Of a stretch of DNA of 64,000 nucleotides, positions 43,259 through 52,236 are shown in pieces (within the stretch, counting starts at the first letter, position 1; each line of letters begins with the position of its first letter). The position numbers and the translations under genes are program-made. The notes under the pieces were generated by a model. That model had not been told where the DNA came from, searched no databases, and saw only the letters and a list, made by a program, of their open reading frames with translations. This DNA comes from an uncultured Chloroflexia bacterium (GTDB taxonomy: Bacteria; Chloroflexota; Anaerolineae; JAAYZQ01), in contig CAVOXA010000010.1 of the NCBI GenBank assembly GCA_963700285.1, positions 1,568,001-1,632,000 of the forward strand, read 5' to 3'.

Positions 43259-43492
43259 CTCGCCTGCCTTTCAGGCATCGATTTTCTCACATCGCGGGCT
43301 AGCGGTTGACGCATCAGCCGCCGCTGGGTGACACCACACACCCAACTTGACCCAATGTACTTCCAAAATTCGAACTGGCAGCAACAAGGCTTTCGATCAG
43401 GCGGAAGGAACTTGGCATCACGCCAAGGAAAAGAGCGTCCTGAACGCTACGCACTTTCGCTATTTGTCAAGGCGTGCCCACGTTGACCGTGA

Positions 43493-43879
43493 CTACCACA
43501 TCACCGTAACTGGATACTGCTCGAATAACGGATCGTTGCTGAGCAGGATTGCGTTCTCGGCATTCGCCTGGGCAATCAATAAGCGGTCAAACGGGTCTTT
43601 GTGGGGCGTAGGAAGGGCCTCCAGCGCCAAGACATGCTCCAGGTCAACCGGCAGGACCTCAAGGTCGTTCGTCTTACATTGACTTTCAAACACTTCTCGC
43701 AAAGGCGACTTGAGTTTCAGCTTGCCCAATTGGGATTTGATCTGCATCTCCCAAACGCTCGCCACGCTGAGCAAAAGCGTATTCGACCGATCCTGGCACA
43801 GCGCAAGTGCGTTCGACGACAACTTGCCCGGCTCGCTGTCCCACCAGATGAAGGTGTGCGTATCAAGACGCAGTCTCAT
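43493..43879 (-). CDS. vapC: PIN-domain toxin (VapC family)
   Basis: LDTHTFIWW, LSVASVWEMQIK..LGKL, HKDPFDRLLIAQA..E..ILLSND. Confidence 0.92.
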   Translation of the reverse strand: MRLRLDTHTFIWWDSEPGKLSSNALALCQDRSNTLLLSVASVWEMQIKSQLGKLKLKSPLREVFESQCKTNDLEVLPVDLEHVLALEALPTPHKDPFDRLLIAQANAENAILLSNDPLFEQYPVTVMW

Positions 43880-44111
43880 CCGTCCCCGTCCAGAATTCAT
43901 CCGGCAGCGGCTCGTCGAAATCCTCGCTCGTCCAAATTGCCCCGCTGTGAAGTCCCGCGATGCGTGGCGTCATCGGCGAAGCAATGGGTACCAGGCGCGC
44001 GAGGGGGACATTGTCTTGGGTCAGGATGATCTCTGCCCCCTCGAATGTCTTGGACAACAACTCTTCCAGATTTATCTTTGCCTCTTGCACATCAATTGTC
44101 TTTGCACCCAT
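43863..44111 (-). CDS. Antitoxin (Phd/YefM-type N-terminus, DUF2281-like C-terminus)
   Basis: TIDVQEAKINLEELL..GAEIILT..PLARLVP..RIAGL..SEDFDEPLP. Directly upstream of and overlapping the PIN toxin. Confidence 0.88.
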   Translation of the reverse strand: MGAKTIDVQEAKINLEELLSKTFEGAEIILTQDNVPLARLVPIASPMTPRIAGLHSGAIWTSEDFDEPLPDEFWTGTDETAS

Positions 44112-44387
44112 CTGCGCCTCTCATAATTCGTACCTTCTCCCCAGCTGCTGACAATGGCGATGGTGACATTATGCACCTGAAATCCTTTCCTGTCAAGCGA
44201 TGGCAGTAGCCTCTGGTAGATTGAGTTGATCCCGGGCAAGTCCGGCACACTGTCGATCAAGCAACGTCGAACAATAAGCCACATGACGGTTAGCATAACC
44301 GGCATATATGGTCCTATCTGCGATAAACGACGCCGACTGCGAATGTTCCATGGCGGTGCTTCTTGCGAACGCCATTGGCTCTCAGTT

Positions 44388-44576
44388 CTATCCAGTTACC
44401 GCTGCCTCTGCGATGAGCTTCTGAATCTCCAGCGGCTCGCCCTTGGCCGGATCTCGTAGCAGTGAGATGGCTTCTTGCGGACAGTGCGCAACGCACACCC
44501 CGCAGCCCATGCAGGCAACCGCATCGATGCGGGCGAATCCGTCGTCTACCGAAATCGCCGCAAACTGGCAAATTTG
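44388..44576 (-). pseudogene. Displaced 3' fragment 2 of the 4Fe-4S protein gene (shortened)
   Basis: CQFAAISVDDGFARIDAVACMGCGVCVAHCPQEAISLLRDPAKGEPLEIQKLIAEAA. Confidence 0.9.
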
Positions 44577-44660
44577 TAGTAGGGGGCACAATCAACAAGC
44601 GTCGTTCGTTTTGACGGCACGGTTGGTGGTGCCTGCCGACGGCTGCCAGGAGGCAAGAAA
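44577..44660. repeat. Conserved att-like arm, copy 2
   Basis: TAGTAGGGGGCACAA..ACAAGCGTCGTTCGTTTTGACGGCACGGTTGGTGGT..GGAGGCAAGAAA. Confidence 0.82.
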
Positions 44661-44732
44661 CGCCACCGCTAAATGATTTCCACAACCTGACGGCAGCGGG
44701 CGACCGAGAGATGCTTCATCACCTCGCGCATT

Positions 44733-44763
44733 TTGACAGAACGTGTATATTGTTGTAATATAC
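44733..44763 (+). promoter_or_regulatory. Promoter of the brnT-brnA operon with overlapping palindromic operator
   Basis: TTGACA-17bp-TAATAT. Inverted repeat GTATATT-5bp-AATATAC overlaps the -10 box. ATG follows 9 nt after the -10 box, so the transcript is probably near-leaderless. Confidence 0.7.
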
Positions 44764-44770
44764 GAGTACC

Positions 44771-45094
44771 ATGAAAAGAGCCATCGCCGACTGCAAAGGC
44801 TTCCAATGGGATGAAGGAAACGAGGACAAGAACTGGTACCTTCATCAAGTCACCGATGGTGGATGTGAACAGGTCTTTTTCAATCTGCCCCTCATCGTTG
44901 CTCCAGATACAAGACATTCACAAACAGAACAACGGTACTACGCGCTGGGGCGCACGGATGCAGATCGCTGGCTATTCGTCGCGTTTGTGGTCAGGAATGA
45001 TTTGATACGGGTGATCTCTGCCCGTGATATGAATCAGAGGGAAATGAGAAGATATGCCGACAGAATTCAAAGAGATCCCAGATTTCAAAGATGA
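44771..45094 (+). CDS. brnT: BrnT-family ribonuclease toxin
   Basis: GFQWDEGNEDKNW..HQV..CEQVFFN..HSQTEQRYYALGRT..R.LFVAF..R..LIRVISARDM. Confidence 0.88.
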   Translation: MKRAIADCKGFQWDEGNEDKNWYLHQVTDGGCEQVFFNLPLIVAPDTRHSQTEQRYYALGRTDADRWLFVAFVVRNDLIRVISARDMNQREMRRYADRIQRDPRFQR

Positions 45095-45350
45095 AGAGGA
45101 AGAGCGTGCGTTTTGGGCGACGCACGACTCGTCAGAGTATATTGATTGGGATAGCGCCGAGTCCGCGATCCTGCCACAGTTGAAACCATCAACCAAGACT
45201 ATCTCCCTACGGCTACCCGAGGCAATGCTGGACGAGCTGCGAGTCATCGCCAACAAACGCGATGTGCCATATCAGTCCCTGATCAAGGTCTTTCTAAAGG
45301 AGCGCATTGATCAGGAACTGGAGCAACACGCCGGGGTCAAAGTCAGGTAA
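45054..45350 (+). CDS. BrnA-type (CopG/RHH) antitoxin
   Basis: IPDFKDEEEERAFWATHDSSEYIDW..LKPSTKTISLRLP..IANKRDVPYQSLIKVFL.ERI. Confidence 0.88.
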   Translation: MPTEFKEIPDFKDEEEERAFWATHDSSEYIDWDSAESAILPQLKPSTKTISLRLPEAMLDELRVIANKRDVPYQSLIKVFLKERIDQELEQHAGVKVR

Positions 45351-45696
45351 GCCCCGTCGCCGCTGCCTCGGCGATGAGCTTCTGAATCTCTAGCGGCTCC
45401 CCCTTGGCCGGGTCGCGTAGCAGGGAGATGGCTTCCTGCGGACAGTGGGCGACGCACACGCCACAGCCCATGCAGGCGGTGGCATCAATGTGGGCGAATC
45501 CGTCGTCTACCGAAATCGCCGCAAACTGGCACGAGTCGGCGCAGGTGCCGCAGCGGCGCACAGCTCCTCATCCACCACCGCCACGTACCCCGACGACGCC
45601 AGCATGGGGGTGCCGTTGTTCCAGGCGTTCATCGCTCCGCAGCAGCACGAACAGCAGTTGCAGATGGCATAGAACCGATTGAGCATCGCATCTTTG
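45343..45696 (-). pseudogene. Displaced 3' fragment 3 of the 4Fe-4S protein gene
   Basis: KDAMLNRFYAICNCCSCCCGAMNAWNNGTPMLASSGYVAVVDEELC..CGTCADSCQFAAISVDDG..CMGCGVCVAHCPQEAISLLRDPAKGEPLEIQKL, with one frameshift. Confidence 0.92.
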
Positions 45697-45784
45697 TAGT
45701 AGTGGACACAATGGAACATGTCCGTTCGTTTTGACGGCACGGTTGGTGCTCCCTCCACCTGTACGGAGACGAGAAACATCATAG
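45697..45784. repeat. Conserved att-like arm, copy 3
   Basis: TAGTAGTGGACACAA..GTTCGTTTTGACGGCACGGTTGGTG..ACGGAGACGAGAAA. Confidence 0.85.
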
Positions 45785-46048
45785 TTGGGAGCCCCATCCA
45801 GGATAGACCACACAACGCGTACAGAACCAGTGGTCTGGACGCTTCTGTTTGCTCAGAATTGTCTTGGGTCGATAGGTCACGAACTCGGTATGCCTCGTCA
45901 TGGGCACATGCTACCGGGAGGTAGGAAAACGGTCAAGTATAGTGACGAGTCCCAGCGCGGTGAGCTGTCCCCCAAAGTCCCCACGAATCCCGGCAAATAT
46001 GGCACAGTATACGGGCACAATCGTCAGGGATAGAGGAGGAGAACAAAT

Positions 46049-46252
46049 ATGTACAGAACGGAACTACCTGGCTTGGTGCTCACGCCGGCCTATAGTCCAG
46101 AAGACTCGAGCTTGTCCGCATGGCTAACCGAAGTGCTCCTGGCCTTCCGGGGAGACCTGGCGACGGTGGAACTCTGTCAGACCGAGAAAAGGATCGTGCA
46201 ACACCTGCCCAAGAACCCGCCGCGGTATCTGGAAGCCGTGACAAGGGCTTGA
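46049..46252 (+). CDS. Small hypothetical protein
   Basis: Strong RBS GAGGAGGAG before ATG, 67 aa, no family recognised. Confidence 0.5.
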   Translation: MYRTELPGLVLTPAYSPEDSSLSAWLTEVLLAFRGDLATVELCQTEKRIVQHLPKNPPRYLEAVTRA

Positions 46253-46492
46253 TTTCCGGGCTGCTTGCGGGTATGGTGGTGATATGGACAACGCCCTGTG
46301 ATGATGTGCGCACCATCCAGGGCAACGACCAGACCCACACGGACGGTCCGCTACGTAGTGGGGATTCCAAGTCCATATACTACCAGCAATAATTCCAGGG
46401 CAACTTTGCCGTCCGGGATGGGATGAGACCGGAGATTCAGGCTGCCGTGGGGGTTGAGACCTCACAAGCCAACACCAAGGAGGAATTCAGCC

Positions 46493-47001
46493 GTGAGCAA
46501 AGTCAAAGAGATCTTGCGAACTTAAGGGCCTGAGGTCTGGTCGATGGCACCGGATGCTACGGGGTACGATGCGCTTAAACTGATGGCCGATTGGAATGTA
46601 GGTGCCGTGCTCGTGATGGACGCCAACCACCTGGTGGGCATCCTATCAGAGAGGGACTATGCCAGGAAGGTCATCCTCCACGGCAAGTCGTCCAAGGACA
46701 CATCGGTCTGGGAGATCATGACCCAAAGGGTGGTCTATGTGCGCCCCGAACAGACCGCCGAAGAGTGTATGGCACTGATAACCGACAAGCGGGTTCGGCA
46801 TCTGCCCGTCCTGGAAGACGACCAGGTGATCGGCGTCATTTCGATCGGGGATGTGGCAAGAGCATCATTTCTGAACAGGGGTTCATCATCGAGCAGCTCG
46901 AACGCTATGTCTCGGGGACCGTATATCGGAGACGGCAATCTGGCAGATCAGATGGGAGGCTAGAAGAAGACGCCCTGCGATCTAGCACCATCCACGGGTA
47001 G
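46493..47001 (+). pseudogene. CBS-pair protein, disrupted (TAA at 46523, frameshift near 46858)
   Basis: AAGGAGG RBS then GTG, ALKLMADWNVGAVLV..LVGILSERDYARKV..EIMT..ECMAL.TDKRVRHLPV..GVISIGDV. Confidence 0.8.
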
Positions 47002-47043
47002 ACGGGCGACCAAACCGCTGCGAAGGGGAGAGGAGCCGCCGCA

Positions 47044-47358
47044 ATGACCGAAACCCCCAATGACGACAAGTCTGGCTTCGCAACCGAGAAGCCAGAACAC
47101 TGTCATGCCTGCTCCCAGCTTATTCGTCCTGGCCAGATATACTTTCTGACAATTGGAAACGCCGTGCTCTGCGGGGACTGCATTAAGGCTACTGACGCAA
47201 TCCGCGTGGTCGATGAACTGGTAGTGGTGATTGAGGGTGGCAAGCTGTTGGTTCAGCGCGGGAGCGCTGCGGGCGAGGTTTCGCCAGGTGAGGTGCGGCA
47301 CCTGGTTGATGCACTGGTAGAGGGGACGGAGAAGCTGGTGGGTCGGCAGACACATTAG
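47044..47358 (+). CDS. Hypothetical protein with two CxxC motifs
   Basis: GAGGAG RBS, CHAC and CGDC motifs, 104 aa. Confidence 0.6.
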   Translation: MTETPNDDKSGFATEKPEHCHACSQLIRPGQIYFLTIGNAVLCGDCIKATDAIRVVDELVVVIEGGKLLVQRGSAAGEVSPGEVRHLVDALVEGTEKLVGRQTH

Positions 47359-48088
47359 CCCAAGGAGTGAGTGGGTATGCTCGCCCAAAATGCGCATCCG
47401 TTCGAAAACCCATCGCTCAGGGATGGTAACCTTTTTGGATTGCTCGGGCTGAGCGGCTGTTCCCTCAGCGGATGGCATTTTTCGGCCAGGACACGGCGAG
47501 GCTCCAGGCCACTCGTGGACCGGACGCTGCCGTCTGGACTTTCTAGCCGATCTATAGCTATGGAATCGATGCCTTGTGGAGCGCAACCAGCCCGGCTTCT
47601 CGCTCGCTGAAAAGCATCTTGAGAGTGCCGTACAGTACGTCCGATGGGGGCGCGCCCTGGGGGAAGCGGTTGAGCCTCGTGATCGGCTCTTGATAGCCCG
47701 ATCTGCTTGTGCGGTGTGCCATTTCTGCAATCCCTGGTAGGCGCCCGCCTCGGCGACGACGCTTTATCCGACGCTTTGGCTTCGAGCGCCTGGCGCCGTG
47801 ACGTTTCGAGTGGTGTCTGCCAGCCGGGTGGGCTCCTATCTAGCGGATTTTTTCATCACCTTTGCTGGTAGCCAGAAGTATGGTTCCAACGATTGGGGTC
47901 TCAACCTCCTCGCTTCGGAGTTGGCTCAATAGCGATTGTGGTGTACAATCAGCCTGCACCTGCGGCAAGAAGTTGCAGCGGTCCCCAATTGCCGGTCCAC
48001 GGCCCGGACAGCATCAAGACGGTTTTCCAGGCCGGCGCTTCGTTCCGTTTTGTGTTGGCGACAGGGTTGTCCAAGAAAAGGTGGCGCA

Positions 48089-50518
48089 ATGTCCAAGAGA
48101 GTCGTTTCCCTCGTAACCATCTGGCTGTTGCTGTCGACGCTGGTCCAGGCGACGGGTCGCCCCGCCCTCGAGAGACGGCCCATCCAAGATGCTCCAGCCG
48201 CCGGCAAGCTGAATGTTGAACTGTTGGGCCATTGGTCGGACCACAATGTCCTCGATCTGGAGGTGCGTGGCGATCTAGCCTTTATGTCCTACTATGATGG
48301 CAGTTCGGACGCGTTCGGTCACGTCTGGCTGGTGGACGTCTCCGATCCCACTGATCCGCACCGGCGCGCCGGTCCGGACCTGATCACGGCCGGCTTGTAC
48401 GCGGTATTCAAGGCGGTCAGTGCCGACGACCAGTTTGTCTATGTGGCCGAAGAATCGCTGCAAGGGAGCGGGTCGTCGGTGGAGGCGTATACCGAAAGCA
48501 ACCTGGAGGAGTTCTGCAGCTATTACACGGATTCCTCGATGGTTGAGATGTGGACCGGCGCAACGCCCAGCGGGGAGTATTTGTTTGTGGCCCAACGCAA
48601 TGGCCTCTTGGTTGACGGGTCCGAACAAGGGGAAGGGCTTAACTGCGGCGCGTTGGGCACCTACGAGGCGCCCAGCGAGTTGACCGCCGCCGCCCACACG
48701 GCGGACTTTGCCTACCTGGGCACATCGGACGGCCGCCTACTGGTGGTGGACGTTGCTTTTGCCACCAAGCCCTCAGACCCAAAGGAAAAGAGCCGCAGCG
48801 TGCTGCTGCCCGGCGGCATCGATGCCATGGCCGCCGCACCCGGCGTCGTTTACCTGGCCCAGGGGACGACGATCAAGATTGTGGACGTGTCCAATCCCGC
48901 TTCTCCGGTGGTAGCCAAGACGTTTACCAGTCCTGTGGCAGTGGCCCAACTGGGGGTAGCCAGCGGTTACCTGTACGCCGCCTCGGCGGGAGGGCTCTAT
49001 GTCTTTGACGTGGGGGACAACAACGCGCCCAACCTGGCCGGCTACTACCTCGACCAAACCGACGGCGGCTTTGGCGGGGCGCTCTATTTGGCCAATGGCC
49101 TGGTCTACACGGGCGGTCCGGGAGGGCTGAACATCCTGCGGTTTGCGCCCGGCGACCAGCCAAAGGGAGCCCTTCTGATACAGCCTGGGGAACCAGGCAG
49201 TGTCTCGCTGAATGGAGTGGAACTGTCTTATCCCTGCGAACTCCAGATGCCAGCCCTGGGCGCCAAGGGGCCGGTGGTTGATGCAGCTTGCGCAGAGGGT
49301 AAGCAAGGAGACAAAGTCGAGATATTGAAAAAGAGAACCATGATCTACATGTATGTCGGGTGCATCGTTACGATGTTTGAGCAGTTCAGGAGGGCGCTTG
49401 GGGTCCGCCGTCTGGAGGATGGTGACCGGTGGCTCGTCAGCGTCGCGTTCTTGGGGGCTCATGTGGTATGTTCGGAAAAACTTCCGTCAAGAGCGCAAGA
49501 CACAGCCTCGCCCTACTTGGTGCTCGATCACGAGTCCGGGGCTCTGCAGTACAGCTTTCTGCTGGAGGAACAATCCGTAGAGGTCAGAACCCAGGCTGTC
49601 GCGATACGCTCCGACGGCGCCAACACGGTGAGCGTCGACCACGACCCGCAGGCCAACCGGACGACGGTGAGTTGCTACAGCGGCTCTCTGACTCTCACCC
49701 CTAAGAACAGCTCCCTGCCCCCCTTCACCCTGGGGGCCAGCCAGGAGGTGGAGGTCACGGCGGAAAGCGTCAGCCCCATCGAGCCCATCGACTACCCCTA
49801 CTCCAGCTTCCTGCCGCTGACCGCGAGAGCGTACGCTAGTGCGCCGCCCAGCGGCTGGCGCACCCTGCTGCGGGAGGATTTTGAGGGCGTATTCCCCGGC
49901 GCCTGGTCGGTGGCCGATGGCTCGGCCGGCTCCGGCGAGCATCATTGGGCCAGCCGCACCTGCCGGCCCCAGGCTGGGGGGCGCAGCGGATGGGCGGTGG
50001 GCGGCGGCTTTGGCGGCGCGGCCCTGCCCTGCGGCAGCGACTACCCGCCCGAGGTCGAAGGTTGGATGATGGCCGGCCCCTTTGATCTGTCGGACGCCAC
50101 CGCAGCCGAGGTGACCTTCCAGCGCTGGCTCAATTCCGAATCGGAGGACCGCCTGCTCTGGCTAGCCTCCGCCGACGGCGTGAATTTCCAGGGGTGGCAG
50201 GATTCAGGGGCCGTGGGCGATTGGCAGGAGACGGTGTTTGACCTGACGAATGTGCCAGGCCTGGGCGATCTGACGGGGGATCCGGACGTTTGGATCGCCT
50301 TTGTGTATTCCAGCGATGCAGCAGGCAGCAAGCCCGAGGGCGCCTATGTGGACGATATCCTCATGCGAAAATACCTCCCGGCGACGGGTGGGGCTCAGAG
50401 CGCCCCGCAGCCGGGCGCTCGACAGGCGGCGCCTCAGGAGACGGAAGAGCTGGCGCCAGCATCATGGGTGCTGCCCGCTGCAGGAGTTGAGCGACGAGGC
50501 TCGGCGAGCCCCTACTGA
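48089..50518 (+). CDS. Secreted protein: LVIVD-repeat propeller, FecR-like region, internal FLP motif, C-terminal beta-sandwich (MAM/choice-of-anchor J-like)
   Basis: Signal peptide, LVDVSDPTDP and IVDVSNPASP repeats, YSSFLPLTAR, then EDFEG.FP..W..GPFDLSDAT..WLNSE..SSD..EGAYVDDI. Confidence 0.78.
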   Translation: MSKRVVSLVTIWLLLSTLVQATGRPALERRPIQDAPAAGKLNVELLGHWSDHNVLDLEVRGDLAFMSYYDGSSDAFGHVWLVDVSDPTDPHRRAGPDLITAGLYAVFKAVSADDQFVYVAEESLQGSGSSVEAYTESNLEEFCSYYTDSSMVEMWTGATPSGEYLFVAQRNGLLVDGSEQGEGLNCGALGTYEAPSELTAAAHTADFAYLGTSDGRLLVVDVAFATKPSDPKEKSRSVLLPGGIDAMAAAPGVVYLAQGTTIKIVDVSNPASPVVAKTFTSPVAVAQLGVASGYLYAASAGGLYVFDVGDNNAPNLAGYYLDQTDGGFGGALYLANGLVYTGGPGGLNILRFAPGDQPKGALLIQPGEPGSVSLNGVELSYPCELQMPALGAKGPVVDAACAEGKQGDKVEILKKRTMIYMYVGCIVTMFEQFRRALGVRRLEDGDRWLVSVAFLGAHVVCSEKLPSRAQDTASPYLVLDHESGALQYSFLLEEQSVEVRTQAVAIRSDGANTVSVDHDPQANRTTVSCYSGSLTLTPKNSSLPPFTLGASQEVEVTAESVSPIEPIDYPYSSFLPLTARAYASAPPSGWRTLLREDFEGVFPGAWSVADGSAGSGEHHWASRTCRPQAGGRSGWAVGGGFGGAALPCGSDYPPEVEGWMMAGPFDLSDATAAEVTFQRWLNSESEDRLLWLASADGVNFQGWQDSGAVGDWQETVFDLTNVPGLGDLTGDPDVWIAFVYSSDAAGSKPEGAYVDDILMRKYLPATGGAQSAPQPGARQAAPQETEELAPASWVLPAAGVERRGSASPY

Positions 50519-50800
50519 ACCGTATGGGGTCAGAAAGGGATACCTGGCCCACTGTCGGCAACCAAGCTCTACACCCCACATCAGCCTGGGACTGGTGCCG
50601 ATCTGGTCGCTGCTGCTTTTACCTGTCCTGGCCGAATATTCTCATCCGGCCAGGACAGCCAATGGTCGCGAGGCTTGACTCTTCCGGCTACCAGGCGATT
50701 GATCTGCCGCGCAAACTCGCGCTAGCAGGTGGACTTGGGATCCCGGGTCTTGTAGGCATCGCTGGGCAAAAGAACCGGGCTCACACTGGCCAACTATCTA

Positions 50801-51743
50801 CTATCTTTCTGTGACTTGAGCGGCCTGGGCCATGAGTTTTTGGATCTCCAGCGGTTCGCCCCGAGATGGGTCGCGCACCAAGGTGATACCTTCCTGAGCA
50901 CACTTGGAGACGCACACGCCACAGCCCATACAGGCAGCAGGACTCGATCACTGCAGTTCCATTGTCCACGCTAATCGCTTTGAATTGGCAATAGTCGGCG
51001 CAGATACCGCAGCCTGCGCACAGATCCTCATCCACCTGGGCGACATAGCCCGAGGAGGCCAGCATCGGCGTGCCGTTCCGGTGGGCGTTCATCGCCCCGC
51101 AGCAGCACGAGCAGCAGTTGCAGATGGCGTAGAATCTGCCCAGCATAGCATCTTTGAAAAAGGCGTGGTGCACGTGCCCCCGCTCGTGTTCGGCGCGCAG
51201 GATCTCCACGGCCTCGTCTGGACTGATCCAGCGCGAGCGCTGGGGGTGGTGTTCGCCGACAAAGCTGGCAAAAGGCTCGCCAATGACCATGCACACGTCC
51301 AGCGGCTCGCAATGGTTGGGTCGTACGCTGCGGCAGGGACAGTCCAGGACCACGATGTGGTCCGGATCCTGCAGCACAATGTCGCGGGCCAGGGCGTAGG
51401 GAATGGCCTGCTCCAGGTCGGTCAGGACGACCTCCTCCTCGACCGTAACCAGTTGGGTCGCCGCCTCCAGGGACACCACCTTGCCGTGATAGGTATCGGC
51501 AAAGGTGATGCGATCCGGGTCGTCCTCCGCAGGCGGCGGCAGCAAGCGGCTCACCAGGCGAACCGGCGGCCCAAAGATGCGGGCCAGCGGATGGGTGCCG
51601 GCCCCAATGCCAATATAGAGATAGGTCCAGCGGCCATACACGTAGGCGTGCAGAAAGTTCAGGAGGGAGTAGCCGGGCGTATTGCGGGCTTCTTTGGCAA
51701 AGGCGCGCGTGGCCGGCCGGCCTGATAGGAATTTGGGCTTCAT
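50801..51743 (-). CDS. 4Fe-4S dicluster-domain protein (intact target gene); apparent frameshift near 50945
   Basis: YHGKVV, CPCR..C..C, ICNCCSCCCG, CAGCGICADYC, and after frame correction CMGCGVCVSKCAQEGITLVRDPSRGEPLEIQKL. Confidence 0.88.
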
Positions 51744-51963
51744 TGAATCGTCCTCGCTTTCGTCCATTCCACGCAATTGTAGCACAAAGCCCGGCGCTTG
51801 GCAATGAGGGTTCGCCTTCAACCAACAATGAGCCACCAATAGCTACCGGTCACCGGCCGGCTGACGAGCAGGCAACATTTCGGGTGCCTTCGCCTCGGCC
51901 TGGCAGTTCACAGGCACCCCCTTAAGGTGGCCGAAAAAGTGTCCAAACAAAGGGGTGCACTTC

Positions 51964-52179
51964 TTATTTTTCTCGCAGTTGCTCCAGCACGCTATCAAAC
52001 AGCCGTGCTTCAGCACCATGTTCAATCAACCGGTCAGGGAACTCGCTCAACACACTAAAGTTGAAGCCTTTGTAATTCAACGGCAGATGCAGAGGGTATT
52101 TCCAATCCAGGCGGACACGGGCAGCGTTCGCCGCCGCTCTATCCGACAGTTTCTCGAGGAACTGGAATATCGTCGGAGG
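51964..52179 (-). mobile_element. IS1182-family transposase fragment (DUF772 region)
   Basis: Minus-strand translation FQFLEKLSDRAAANAARVRLDWKYPLHLPLNYKGFNFSVLSEF.DRL..LFDSVL. Confidence 0.75.
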
Positions 52180-52236
52180 GGTATAGTGAATTCGCGGGTT
52201 GGGATTTTTGTCTATGCAGTCCCACGCTCCACTAGG

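Noticed and set aside
42404-47400. Classical integron
   Set aside because: No intI and no complete, repeated attC hairpins. The repeated unit is a gene 3' end plus an arm, which fits attR scars better.
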